64,000 bases of DNA from Atractiella rhizophila (lineage: Eukaryota), in NCBI GenBank assembly GCA_021432655.1, contig MU271398.1, positions 3,880 to 67,879 of the forward strand, written 5' to 3'. The position numbers and the translations under genes are program-made. Of the stretch, positions 17,459 to 31,110 are shown in pieces. The notes beneath the pieces were generated by a model. That model made no database searches. It worked only from the letters and a program-made list of their open reading frames with translations, and was not told where the DNA came from. Position 1 is the first letter of the stretch, and each line of letters opens with the position of its first letter.

Positions 17459-20400
17459 AGTGAAACGCAGAACCAGAATCGGTGACCATCTCCTCGCGAT
17501 TCCTGCTTCGATGAACTACAAAGAAAGTTCAGGACACTCTGACATGCGAAAGGACGTGGCATATCCAGATTGACGCGCTTCGAACTCCGAACTCAGACTA
17601 TCCGGTGCGACGGTAACCGGCTCCACCCCGACCAGGACATATCAAAACTCGATAGAAACATGCATATGAGAAACACAGCTCGAAAGTTGAGTCGAAGGAG
17701 GGCGGTCTCCTTTCTTCTTCATGTACATCACAGGGTAAATCAGAAGGGAACGGGAAGAAAGAATCGCTTGAAACACCACGTTTCCCCGACACTTTTGACA
17801 CAATTGTCCCCTAATCAGGATTGAACTAGTTGTTAGCTGCAATAACATACGTGAAGGTGAGGCGCTTTGCCACGAAAAGCCGGAGGAGAAGGCACTCTCG
17901 GAGGTTCATTCTGCAACAACTCTAAAGCAAAAAGCAAAAGCAACACTTGGGAGCACTCCGGCCTACTTGCCAAAACAAGTAAGCACCTGTTCATGGAAGA
18001 GGCTTGGAGATCTGGTTGGACAGTTGGACACTACGTGATGCCGGGGAAGATTTTCATACTCACTTCCCACCTGCATCAATCGTCCATCTCGGTGCACCGT
18101 GCACCCTGAAAGCTTGGAGTAACTCTTTCACATTTTCAAGTGCATGCCGATCAGCACCATCTGGCTAAATCGAGCACACTGGAGGCTTCCAGCCTTAGAC
18201 TCGGACCAAACCAGAAAAATAGCCATGCACCTGCGGGACAAGTCAGCTTCTCCTTGTCAGCCCGTTGCTCCATGCGCCGTTGATCGTCCATAAAGCAAGC
18301 GAAGCTGTTGAAGACTTTTGCCCACCACAACTTCTCCAACTGATCGAACTCCGGAATCAAAACGGGATCAGGATCTCATCGGACTGGGAAGAAGGTAGAA
18401 TTTGACTGTGCAGTAGATGTTGATATGTTAACAATTACAAAACGGTGTCGATTCAAGTTGGCATCCCCAGTTGTCTTCACTGCTCTGCTCACCTCTCCGT
18501 CTCAGCAGGGACATTCATTGTCAGAAGCAAGAGTGGGAGACGGGAGATGGGAGCAGAAGAGAAATTGAATGCTTCCGTTCCTCTTGATACAGCCCGCCTT
18601 CTAAAATGCACAAAAGTGGCAAATTGCGACCGAAGTTTCAGAGGCATGCAAGGAGGTGCTGAAAGGAATCATCAAGCCAATTCGGGGAGCGTGCTGACGC
18701 GACCCTTAGCCCCGAATCTTTAAGAGACAAAGTATGTAAGCATTGTCACGGACACTCCTTTCAGCAAACACTTGCAAGGATTATACTAGCAATCTCGCTC
18801 TTTCATTACAGCGAGCCCAAATGTTGCTCTAGCTCGCTTGACCGCAGAACAAAAATTTTCTGCTCACTACATAACTGCTCATCAGAAAGCAACCAAAGCG
18901 CGCCGACCTAGGGTTCCCAAGAAAAGAATACAGTTTTCAGGAAGAGCACAGGCGATAGGACCAAGTCGTGCAGACCAAAATTGACCGTCAAGCAGAAACG
19001 GAAGCAGGCGCTAACGCTGAATATCAAGCACATGGATTCCCTCTGCTGAAGATCGTCCAAGTCTTAATCTGGCTCAAGTAGATCATCGTTCCAACAACCA
19101 CCAGTGAAAGAAGGACGGAGAGAAAAGCCCACGCACCGTGCTACATACCAACACCATGATTCTTGTAAAGTTGTTTCCAGGCAGCGAATGAAGCACTTGA
19201 TTTCATTGGAAGCGTCATGCTCCAATGCAACCATCCTCCTGATTCTTAAGTGTTCTAATGCTCATATCAAGTTCTTCTTTCCTTCCCACCTGATAACTTT
19301 CAAATCTGTCATTTTTGATGGACCACAAATCACTTCCATCTCACCCCAAAACTGACAGCGGGAATCACGATTGTGTCTCCAGAGCTTTCTAGGCACTGAC
19401 GAGATCAGGTGTATCCTGGATGCGGAATACGAAAAGCGCCTAAAAGACGAAATTGTTCCTCAACCTGGTGGTCGATACTGCCGCGGAAACAGATGCTGCG
19501 GATATCATTCTGATACGAAATCACCAACCCCAACCCCGACCGCGAAATTGGTCCTTCAAACAGGCCAGAAGAAACAGGACGTGCTTCAACCCCGTTGGAA
19601 CCACTTCCAGTTCCTCCATCCTTGCCCGAGGGTCACAGGCGTACTTTATAGTTATCTTGCTTGGGCAGAGAGAGCAACAAGGCACGCAGAATTTGCACGT
19701 TGCTATTTGTGCAGGTGCTTTCATTCTACTGGCGTCTTGCGACTGATCGAATATTGATCCATAATGATCAATTGCTGTCCTTTATCAGTGTCACCTGATG
19801 CAATTATCTTGTCGTTTCTGACTTGCGGTTACTATCACTTCCGCTGAAGATGTGGAAGGTTGTTGCCCGAGGTCACGTCGAGGAAATATTCAGATCGCAC
19901 AACTGTTCTCCGATGCAGTTTTCTTCTCAGTCTTTTCAAAATTTCGTGTTCCGTCCTCTAACTTGTGATGAATTGATCAGGATATTTGATGAAGAGTCAA
20001 GTTTTGGCCTCGGTTGAGATTGCTCAAGGTGAGCGGTCTGCGCGATACCCGTGAAAGCTACAACGAAGAAGCTTTCAACCAGTTCTCTTGCTCACGGAGC
20101 CTGTTGTCTCCTGCAGTTTCGTCTGCTTTTAGCGTGTTGTTTATGCAGGTTTGTTGATCAAACGAGAGGAACAAGAGCTTCCGCCGCTGTCTTCTGGATC
20201 GACATCTAAGGCAGCTAACGCGTTATGCGTTGCTAATTGAAGTCAAAGAAGGTTTTGTCGATATTTTGCAAAAAGCTCTTCTCTGTCGCTTCTCGTGCCA
20301 ACGGTTGAGGCAACCAGCGGTCGTGATTCAAATGTTCACATGTTTGCACACGTCGGGGGTTAATTTACGGCCTTATCCTGCGACTCAGCTCCGAGCTTAG

Positions 20401-20552
20401 CATCACTCTCTACCTACCAACACCATAAATACAAGAATGAGACCCTTTCTGCAAACTTTTTTTTCTTCCCAACAATCGTTTTGTTCATCCCCTGTCTGAG
20501 AAAGGACTCGAGCAGAGTGAGATCTACCCGTGGAGCATACGTTTCAGCAGCA

Positions 20553-22057
20553 ATGGCCACGCCAGGAGCCGTCCCTTCGTTCCTCCCTCTTGATGCCAAA
20601 ACCTACAACGACAATGTCCTTCCCATTGTCATTGTAAGTTACAGCCGCTTGTTTTGCCTCGGTTGAAACTAACGGCAAATTTCTCAGTCCAACCATATCA
20701 CCAACATCCTCTTCGGCATCAACCTCGTACAGTTGTGCGTCATCCTGTATCCTTCCCTCCCGGCAAAGCTCATCAACTTGCGCTCTAGCTATTACGTTGC
20801 CCGCTTGTTGATTGCACGACGACAACCTAACAAATTTGTCTGGGCAATTTGGTGGATCCTGCTCATTGCAGGGTTGACTGATACGTTCGTTCTCCAAGTT
20901 CATTCATCCGCTGATTCAAAGTGTTGATGATGAACGAGCAGGATTGCGAAGGATCATTATGCTACAGTCACATCTGCCAATGCCGCCACTGTAGGATTAT
21001 TGGCATTTGCAGTGCCTCCAACCAAATCCGTGTGTCCCACTCTGAGGCAAGGAGGTAAAGGGTGCTGAAGAACGAGAACAGGTGCTGGTGTATCTGGCTA
21101 TGGATTGTGTTGTTATTTTGGCGGTGGACGTAGTCTACATTCGACGGCAAGTATTCAAACTATCCCTTCTACTTTGCTGAACAAAGGGCGAATGCAGGAT
21201 TTTGAAGATGTTGCCCAGCATGCAGCTCGTTAACCAATCCAGGGCCAAGACAACGAAATATATAACGCTCATGCACGTCTCTTTTTGACCCTTGCAGTAG
21301 TGAGCTGATACGACATCCTCCAGTGCCCTAACTGCAGTTGCAATTTGTGCTGTTGCTCAAATCCCTTTCAACATCCTCATCGTGCGCATAGCGACAAGGC
21401 CACCAGCAGATTGGTTCCCCGACGGTACCCCCATTCTTGCAGGCTACCTTGCCACGGCTGCTGCAGGAGACATATTGCTCTGCTTCACTTTCATCTACAA
21501 CATCCGCTCCCACAAGTCCGACTTCTCCAACACCAACTCAGTCATCGATTACTGGATCCGTCTCAGTCTCGAATGCATGATCTTACCCACGTCCTGCCAG
21601 ATCGGACGTTGGATTCTTGCTCAAGTATACCCTTCAAGGGCGTACCACTTCTGTCTGAGTGCGTTCGATATTCAGAAACAGAGGACGAAACACACTAATC
21701 TTCTTGCAGCTTACGTTATCTCCAAACTCTACACTTCCGCCGTCCTCGTGCTTTACGCTCAAGTGCTTAAGCCCGACTCTCCTGGAGGAACGAGCAACCA
21801 TGGCCAGTCCAACCAGAATTACTCGTTGACAAACGGCAAGTCATTCGGACGAAGTGTCACCACCTCCAAGCTCGATCCTCAACATGTCCATGTACGTCAT
21901 TCCCTCGCTGGTGAACCGTGATCTGACAGTGAGAAATCAGGTCACAACAACGGTCCTCACCAACGCTGATACGGATCTTCGGCCTGTCCATTTCCAGACC
22001 TACGATGATTTGGAAAAGAAGGAGTATATGGAAAGGAACGGAGCGAATTACGTTTAA
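20553..22057 (+). CDS. Multi-pass membrane protein, DUF6534-like
   Basis: Many short exons; C-terminal GDILLCFTFIYNIRSHKSDFSNTNSVIDYWIRLSLEC...ISKLYTSAVL resembles the basidiomycete DUF6534 pattern. Confidence 0.7.
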
Positions 22058-22413
22058 GTGACCGCCATCGACCTTTCCTCGTAGTCTCTGTTAATTCAGT
22101 GGACGACTTGTATTGTTATTGTGCATGATAAGTTGGTACTCAAGTGTCAGTGTTAGGACAGAAGGGTTTTTTTGGCCGGGTTGGGAAAAAAAAGGATTTA
22201 GATCAGAGCCGGATCTTGCTCGAGCAGGATCGAGAATTCCTACTCACAATTTACATTCTAACCTGCATACTGGAGATGATTTGCTCTTACAATGTCACCT
22301 ACAATTCGTGCAATCTTTACCGTTATCACTTCATCGCTGTGTAGAAATTTGCGCTAACGCTTCCGTCTGCTGCAAGAGGGGTATATTCCTGACATCTTCC
22401 TAGTCTACATTTG

Positions 22414-24045
22414 TCACTCACCCTTCTCAAGCTTTTCCTCCAACATCCGCAATCTCCTATCTACATCTTCCATCGACCACTTCCCTTGTGCTTCAGCCGC
22501 CACTGGTTGTTCCCCTCCTCCTTCGGAATCCTCACTCTCAGGCCACAAGAATTCCTTATCTCTGATCAAGGCGAGTATACACTCGACGAGGATAAGTATG
22601 ATGATGATCCATTCGAGCCGATGGGATGTGCGGACAGAGAGGAGCTCGAGCAGCCTCTCCTGTTCCTCAAAGGCATGTCGAAGCTTGATGTTGAAGTTGG
22701 ACATTCGTGGTTTGAGGTCGAGAGCGCGTGCTAAGGAGTTATAGTATCCTGTGTCGAATCATCGGCACGTCAGCATCCAGTCCACATATCACAGAGGCAA
22801 ATTGGGACGGTGGAGATAGAGAGGACAGACCTTCGAGCACGGGATACTCCCAAAAGTATTCAGGAGAATCGAGTAGGTTCTCTTCGTTCAATTCCAACCT
22901 CTGCCTGAGTTTCAATAGCCTTCCATACCTCTTAACGAGGACTCCTTTCTTCGTTGGCGCCTCCGACCCTCGAATCAAAGCGTCGGGTATATCGGCGACG
23001 CTCTCCAAGAACTCCTCGAGCTCCTCCTCATATATACCAAGACGAGTGCTGCGGACCAAAGCGGAGGAGAGGGAGAGCCTAGTGAGGAGCGAAGGGAGGG
23101 AGGAGGGGAGACCTGCACTTGATGTTGGAGGGTTGGAGAGGGTGGAGGTCAAGAGCGGAGTGAGGATGTCTCCGGTTGAGGAGTCGAGGGATGGATCTGC
23201 TGTGCCGAGCGTTATGAGGTCCCGTTTGAGACCTGTCCGCCTTTCAGTTTCTTCGTCAGCAATCATTCATCAATGGAGCCAGATAGTGAGATTCGGAAAC
23301 GAACTCGTTTTCCCGAACAACGTAATCCATGCTCTCTACCTCGAGTTCGCGGTATGGAAGGGACTCGATCCTCTTGTCGCCTGTATATGGAGCCCTTATC
23401 ACTTCCTCCACGAATGCAAATGCGTCTTTCTCATCCATTCCCCATGTTACGAAGCTGCCTATCCACGCCAAGTCGCAAAATCAGTACCTCATAGCCGCGA
23501 CAGAACAGCAGGCAGTTCCAAACCGTCCCAAAAATGGATGAGTGAAAAGATGTACCAGACTCGAAAATCCAAACCTCGCCATTCCTCCACCCAGGAATCC
23601 AAACCGCTTCACCCATCACATTCACCGCGTCCTTTCCCTGTCCGATCCTCCAAAGCACACTTTGGAGGGTGGAAATGTCGTACGACTCAGCTGTGGTGTA
23701 AGAAATCATCTTCCCCAGCCCCTCTTGACTCTGAGAAGCAGATCGGGAGGAAGATTTAAGCTGTTTTGGTGCCGATTTCTTGGTCTTTTTCGAATTGGCG
23801 GAGGTGGATGGAGTCCTGGATGCGGTGCGTGTTCGAGAGGGAGGAGAGGGAGTAGGTATAGGTGATGGGCTTGTGGGTGTTTGGTGTGAACTACCACTAC
23901 CGCTGGGCGAGAGAGCGCTCGTGGTGGTGGATTGGAAGCGCGTGGTTGTGAATAGAGACCGTGCAATGGATCGCGGTCTTGAGAGCCCAAGTGCCGTGGC
24001 ACAGAATGAACGTGCCGGGAGACGGAAGAGTTGGCGAGCTGACAT
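22414..24045 (-). CDS. Mitochondrial DUF155 / RMND1 (Rmd1/Sif2/YagE family) protein
   Basis: Presequence; YTTAESYD, VWIFESGSFVTWGM, LLDSPEYFWEYP and HRLEWIIIILILVE C-terminal TM signature. Confidence 0.88.
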
Positions 24046-24570
24046 TTTGACTCCAATACGTAGTAAATTAATATATGTTCAGATGTGGCGAGAGACTGGA
24101 GGAATACGCGTTCATATAATAACTGGGAAGAGGATGAACGTAAGTGCTCGGCTGTTTGCAACGGAATGGCCAGTACCAAACTTTGACTGTGGCACCGGAG
24201 GTTAGATTACACCTTCTTAGAAGGTGATTATTCGAATTGCGCCTTATCAAACCTGAACTGAGCTTGATGAAACTGTTCTTGCTTTCCTCGAGAACAGTGT
24301 GTCGCTCCTACATGCGTCCAGAAACGGTCAGCATCCTAAATCCACAGGGCGGCTAGAGCAACGCACTCAAATAGTTTCCAATCACTTGTACTTATGTTGG
24401 ATATCCTTCCCTGCCGACTTAATGTTCAGTCTCCTTTCCAGTCAAGTTCCCAAAAATTTCGGCTGAGCACCTGTAGTCATTAGTCTAGTCTGCGCTTGCC
24501 GTAGTTTCAGTTTTTGCCACCGTCACTGTCCAACTTAGCTACCTTCGTCTTCCACTTCAGCCCAGCGGAC

Positions 24571-27381
24571 ATGCAGACAGCTACGCGTCGGGCCCCGGTG
24601 TCCATTGAGTCCATACTGGCTGCCCAAAAAGCGTCCAAAGAAGAGTCGTCCAAGGCAAGTCCAATCTCTCATCCTCCATCTGAAACCAGGTATACTGATT
24701 CAATCGTGGACGCGTAGCCCAAGTTCCTGTCCAAGTCCGAACGAGCGGCTCAGGCTCTAGCAAATAGAGCGAAAGCGGTGGAGGAGCAGAAGGAGAAAGC
24801 GAACGCCGCGCTAGAGAAGCGGAAAGAGTTGGAAAAACGGACCAGACCTCCGGGGTTCGAGAGCGTGCCCACTGGGCCGCGAGGGTCGAGGGATCCGAGG
24901 GATGGAGGGGGCTATGGCCGTGGAAGCGGACGGGGTGGAGTAGGATACGATAGGAGGGATGGGCAGGAGAAACGGTTCGAAGGCGTGCCCACTGGACCGC
25001 GTGCGCTTAGGGATAAACAGACTTCGAATTCGAACCCTCCTCCACCACCTTCTTCTTCGTCCGCTGCTCCTCCTCCACCTCCTCCTTCGAATTCTATGCC
25101 TCCTCCTCCTCCTCCCTCAGCTCCTCCCCCTCCAAAACCGTTAGACACTGACGCACCCATGCTTCCCACCTCCACCGCTGCCGTTCCTATCAATCAGAAC
25201 CTGCTCATGAATCGATACCTCGGTGCCAAAGCTGGAGGTCGAAGGAAGATCCGAAAAATGAGCGACAAGAAGTTCGTGTTCGATTGGGATCGGAGTGAGG
25301 ACACAGGTGCGGAGGAGGTGGACCCCATTTATCGTTTCGAGAGCGGGAACGGACCGAATAAGCGACAGAAGCTCTTGTTTGGAAGAGGTAGGATGGGTGG
25401 AATGGAGGGCATACCCGAAGGTGGGAATGGGAGTGCTGGAAATATGGTGGTGCCAATGGACGTGGTGGAGGAGGAGATGGCTGCTGGGCCGCGGGCGCTG
25501 GAACTTCGTGGGAAGAATAGAGGAAACGATGAGAGACATTGGAGCGAGAAGACGCTGATCCAGATGAGAGACAGGGATTGGAGGATCTTTAGAGAAGATT
25601 ACAACATCTCTGCCCGAGGAGGCAACATTCCATTACCGTTGAGGAGCTGGAGGGAAAGCGAAATCGATGAACGAATCTTGGATGCTATCGATGAGATTGG
25701 GTATAAGGAGCCGTCACCTATTCAGAGGCAGGCAATACCTATTGGATTACAAAATAGGGATTTGATTGGTGTCGCTGAAACTGGTATATCTCCCTCCCTT
25801 TCCACTCCCACTCTTAGTTGCATATCCTGAAGCGTTGTGTGAAAACAGGTTCCGGAAAGACAGCTGCCTTCGTGATTCCCATGCTTATGTACATCGGCAA
25901 GCTCCCACCCCTCACGGAGGAGAATCGACACCTAGGACCCTACGCCATCGTCCTCGCTCCTACTCGAGAACTGGCACAACAGATTGAGACTGAAACGAAC
26001 AAATTCACGTCGTTGCTCGGCTACCGATGCGTGTCCATCGTTGGAGGTGTACGTGTCCCATCCACCTACATTCTATAAAATGGAAAGGAACTAACGATAG
26101 ATTGTATTTCGGTGGATGACAGAAATCGATTGAACAGCAAGCTTCGGAGCTCGCTAAAGGAGTAGAAATAATCGTTGCCGCTCCTGGACGATTGAAGGAT
26201 TGTATCGAACGCCACATGGTCGTCCTGTCCCAATGCACGTACGTCGTTTTGGACGAAGCTGATCGGATGGTCGCTCTCGGTTTTGAAGAGGTCCTCAACT
26301 TCATTCTCGATGCGCTTCCGGTGTCGAATATCAAGCCGGATACGGAGGATGCGGAGGACCCGTTGAAGATGTTGAGGAGGTTGGAGGGCGAGGGGGAGAG
26401 GATGCCATTGTATAGACAGACTGTATGACCTGGCTCTCTCTCTATGTGTCCAGTCTGATGAATACTGATGAGCTGTGCGAATAGGTCATGTTCTCTGCCA
26501 CTATGCCTACTGCCGTGGAAAGATTGGCCAAGAAGTACCTCAGACGGCCGGCAGTCGTCACCATTGGTGTTGCAGGACAGGCTGTAGATACGGTCGAACA
26601 GAGAGTGGAGTTCGTACAAGGAGAAGAGAAGAAGAAGTTCGTCCTTTCATTGCACACCCCGACGATATTGACGAGCTAAAAATCTATCACAGAGCCCGAC
26701 TCCTGGAGATCCTAAACTCGGAGGGATTCGCTCCGCCTATCATCATCTTTGTGAACCAGAAGAAGGCCTGCGACGTGCTCGCAAAGGAGCTGTCGCGCGC
26801 AAGGGTGCGTCATTCTTGTCTTAAACCTCCTCAACGCAACAGCTCATGTTCTTGTTTGATGCAGTGGTCGACTACTACGCTACACTCTGGCAAGAACCAG
26901 CAACAGCGAGAGGACGCTCTGGCCTCCCTGCGCAGTGGAGCATCAGATATCCTTGTTGCCACCGATTTGGCCGGAAGAGGTATCGACGTCTCCGATGTTT
27001 CTCTTGTCGTTAACTTCCACATGTCGGGCACTATTGAAGCTTACGTCCATCGTATCGGTCTGTTAACCCTTCCGTCTTCTCTTCTCCGCGCTGTCCCATA
27101 AGGAGAAATGACTGACGCCCCATTTTACGATTAGGGCGAACGGGACGAGCTGGGAAGCAAGGAACGGCTGTCACCTTTTTGACGAATGATGATGCAGAGA
27201 TTATGTATGATTTGAAGCAAGAGTTGATGAAGAGTCCAGTCAGTAGGGTGCCACCGGAACTCGCTAAACATGAGGCCGCTCAGTCTAGAGTGCGTCTTCC
27301 CTTTTGTATACTGTATACGTTGCTCATGACTACTAGATGACGGCGGCGATGAAGCGGATGCGCGATGCTGATGAAGGATAG
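24571..27381 (+). CDS. PRP28: DEAD-box spliceosomal helicase Prp28/DDX23
   Basis: KPKFLSK-ER, KFVFDWD..EDT, HWSEK...[39 protein letters not shown] and HRIGRTGRAG motifs. Confidence 0.96.
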
Positions 27382-28054
27382 ACTCAGGATTGTTTTTACT
27401 TGCCTGGATGCACATTCCAACGATTTGATGCAAAATCACGTTTCTCTATAAATCTGATCAACAGAGCTCGCAATTCGTCACAACAAATCGAATGTGTGAG
27501 TTCATCTTGTTCAGCTCCAATTCGTCTATCACGTCCATCCCAGAAACCACTTTCCCAACTACAGCTACAGGAAAAGGCATTACGAATCAGAATGCCACAA
27601 AAGTGAGGAGTGAGGCACGCACTGTATTTCTCGTTATCCCGTGGAGTATAGGTTTTGTAAGGTATGAAGAAAGAATTGGTCGCGAGTGCAGGTCCATCGA
27701 TGAATAGAAAGACAGAGCCTTTCGTCCGCCGCACTGGGTTCTCTTCCGGACTCATTATTGTCTCTTCGTTCGCCCATTGACGGTGAGTGTCATCACGAAA
27801 TCTGGAGAAAAAACACTTTTATTCTCTTCAGTTATGAGCAAAGAAGAAAAGACGAACGTGCAAATACCCAGGTTGCGATCAGCGGCAATGGCTGCTGGTG
27901 TAAAGTAGCAGCTGACATATTTCTTTTGGGATACCAATCGACGAAAGTGTTCCTGTTCAGGCTTAGCGCTGTGGAGATGGCGGTAATAAGCTTACTGCTA
28001 CTCTAGGCACGACTGTATCGAACTACATGAGGCAATATTAACATCAGCAGCTTT

Positions 28055-28690
28055 TTATGGAGAGTCATTGCTTACCAAAGTAATTATGAGTGTCGCTGTC
28101 CTCAGGATCCTATCTGGGTTCCTCACAAGAATCTCAAACAAGCAGTTTAGATTTGCATTCGCAGCAGGATTCTGTGCCCGCGCTACGCACCCAATCGAAT
28201 TAGGCCGCCAATCAAGACGACGAAGACACTGACTAGGAGCAGGAACAAAATCATTTATATGATAATACGTTGGTGGCAGAGTATCTCCTCGTCTTGGGAC
28301 AGGAGTGGATGGAACAACGTCCTCTTCCACAGTCACAAATGCTGATGTCGTTCCAGCCACGGGCAGAGCAGAAGGGCTGTTTGCTCTTGGGATATTGATT
28401 CTTGGAGGTTCAGCAGGCGTAGTTCCAAGTATTGGTGTAGTCGAACCGTCCGTTCCTAGTAATGTTGTTGTATTCCGATTGGGATCGCGAAGCAGAGTAA
28501 TGAGATCGCGAATATCGTTCTTCAACTCCATGACATCTTGACGGAGCGAGTTCTGGTCCTCGTTGAGCTCCGTCAAACCCCTCTTGATCTCATTGATCTG
28601 ATCAGCGAGGGAGTTCAAAGAAGCGGTTTGAAGCGTTAGCGTTCCTTCAAGTTGCTCCAATGGGCTGCTTTCGGCTGGAGCACCAGACAT
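28055..28690 (-). CDS. Hypothetical protein with N-terminal coiled coil; may continue by splicing toward ~27400
   Basis: 211-aa ORF with heptad LNSLADQINEIKRGLTELNEDQNSLRQDVMELKNDIRDL followed by a P/T-rich linker; no recognisable family. Confidence 0.45.
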   Translation of the reverse strand: MSGAPAESSPLEQLEGTLTLQTASLNSLADQINEIKRGLTELNEDQNSLRQDVMELKNDIRDLITLLRDPNRNTTTLLGTDGSTTPILGTTPAEPPRINIPRANSPSALPVAGTTSAFVTVEEDVVPSTPVPRRGDTLPPTYYHINDFVPAPSQCLRRLDWRPNSIGCVARAQNPAANANLNCLFEILVRNPDRILRTATLIITLVSNDSP

Positions 28691-31001
28691 ATCTGCAGTT
28701 AAAGTCGACGCTCTTCACAGATGCCCTGCCAGTGTTGATACTCCACTGTGTTTATGATATCTCGAGGGTCCGAACGTAGTTATCCTAACGGACAATAGAA
28801 CAGAGTGCATTTAAGAATTTTCTGAACTCGACTTACAAGGTATGGGGGTGGGTGGCGGAGGAATCGGTGACTTGTGGAAGCCACGAGGGTTAGACACTCC
28901 AGCGAGAACCAGGGATTGGATCTGCCTCTGCTACCTTGCTGGTGTTGAGCAGTGCAGGTCGTATTCGGGAACAAAGTGAAGGAGCACGTGAAGTAAAGGG
29001 AACAAAACGATGTAATTTCATTGACAGAGGCACGCCCAAGCACACTCAACCAGCCTATCCTAAGAACTTAGACAGCTGCCGTCGGTGGAGTATTATCGAT
29101 TGCCTTAAACCCCACAATCAGTTAATCTCCAATCGTTGACCACTGATAAATGGAAACACGCACTTGAAACAGCTCCAACATCGCTCCTAAATTGAAAACT
29201 CAAGGGTCGCAGACAGTTACGCAATTGCCACCATCGGGAGGCTATACATCTTTAGTTCCTCTGCTTTCCAAAGTGTAAAATCAAGTGCTCACGCAGACCT
29301 ATGCCCAAATTAAAGTCTCTCTCAATCAATTAATAGTCTAGACAGGCACGTACGGTGACACAACCTCCAGGAGTAGGATTGGCGAGAACCTGGAGGGAGA
29401 AAGAAGCCATGATCGCGACGAAAGCCGCAGTGAAAGAGAATTGCATTTTCGAGATTTGGACTTGGACTTTGATTACTGTGAATGTTCAGTCTGGAACGAA
29501 CAGAAAGGCAGGATGGCACGCTTTTATACCTTCGAGGCATCAAGGATTGGCCTACGTAAGACTTGAATGATCAGGAGCCAGTGGAACTTTTGCTCTTCGT
29601 GGGACGTTCGACAGTCCGCTCGTAATCAAATTCCTCCTCTGCCCTCCTACAGACCTACCTAATCTCTGCAGTCCAAAGAGACATCACTCTCTCTTCCGTG
29701 CAAGTACACAGGGTAAAAGGAGAAATCTTTTCAATGCTGATCGCAAAACAGGTGAACACGGAACCAATGGATTAGGCAGGTCAGAACTCGGGTATGATCT
29801 CCCTCCCCTCATCACACAACCCACTTACTTCGATAGCGTGAGCAATCTGTTAATTTCTCAGCAAAGTAAGGACCAGACCCGCGAAGGGAGAGAGAACTCC
29901 GCCAACCGGAGGGAGATATCTCTGGAGTTGACGCTAGTTGACAATATAAACATACATTAAGAAACCTATAATCGATGAAGAGATGATGGATGAGATCTCA
30001 GCATTGTAGGCCCCTTTTCGTCTACTGATGTAGGTGATTGAGAAGAAGCAAGACTGAGTTTACACCTGTTAGTCTGAATTCGCAAACAGACTTTTCTTTC
30101 CGGTTTTTTCTTTCCGGTTTTGCTGGCAACGCTCAAAATCAGCGATAGCTATGCTATCTGTGTGTCAAATACAAATGAACCACCCCTATATAATCGTCGT
30201 TGATGAGAGAGCCTTGCTAATTGGGCACGGCGCTAATTTGCTTGCCTTCCAAAGGACGAGTAAGACAACATATTCATGAATCTAGAGATCTAGATAATAG
30301 CAAGGGTAAGGATATGTCGCAGATATCTCCAAAATCCGATAACGCCACGGTGGGATTGATGAATCGCAGAAGCAAAGTGTTTGACTTTGCAATGTCGTGG
30401 TTTGTTTTGCTGTGGTTTGTTTTGCTGACTGATACAAAGTTGTCCCCGAGTCCTGCCACCTCAGATTTAAACAACCTCCCATTCATGAAAGCGGAACTGG
30501 CTTATTGTTGTCAGGAAACATGAAATGCCGTGTATGATCTAGCTTGTCTGTGTGGGTTTCTGGTGACTTGAGCCAGAGCAGGTAGTTAAGTGGGTATCAT
30601 CGTGCAAAATATGAAAGGCGGAAACTTCTGCTGACGAGTTTTCATACTCGTCAAAGACAACACATGCGTGTTGTACAAGCGACTTCTCCCATCTCCAACG
30701 ACCAGCTGGAGAGGGAGAAATGATAGCACACCGAGTAGTCACGACATACTGTCCACGGTGCGGCTGAACTGCCCTACCCACACCCTGACTATGGCACCCT
30801 ATACTTGTCTCCAAAACCATCTCGTACACTCGAACGAGCCTTTCCTGTTTCATCCTTTGCCGCGGCAGTGACGATCATTGGGCCTTGCTTGGGGGGTGTC
30901 ACAACTCTGGTAGTTTTGAAGAGAAATGTGTCGTGGACTGTTGTGGACATTTTCACGAGCCTCCTTCATGACGTCACCTGACAACTTCCAGACAACACGG
31001 G

Positions 31002-31008
31002 TATAAAG
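31002..31008 (+). promoter_or_regulatory. Putative TATA box of the FMO gene
   Basis: TATAAAG ~105 nt upstream of the ATG at 31111. Confidence 0.4.
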
Positions 31009-31110
31009 GCAGCTAGCTCCCTGCTTTGGGATATATTCACACTTGCGAATTACTGCCCTCCTCCGAGAAAGTGACATAGAAATACCCCTAGACCACCGCA
31101 GAGCGAACAA

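Noticed and set aside
18700..20300. Short ORFs in a long intergenic region
   Set aside because: No coherent exon chain or transposase motif could be supported.
22728..23759. 343-aa plus-strand ORF (also 5164-6174 minus and 33831-34586 plus)
   Set aside because: Antisense shadows of real genes with no recognisable motifs.
30088..30430. Short tandem duplications (ttttctttccggtt x2, tggtttgttttgctg x2), also at ~35426 and ~52960
   Set aside because: Ordinary slippage duplications; no spacers, so not CRISPR-like.
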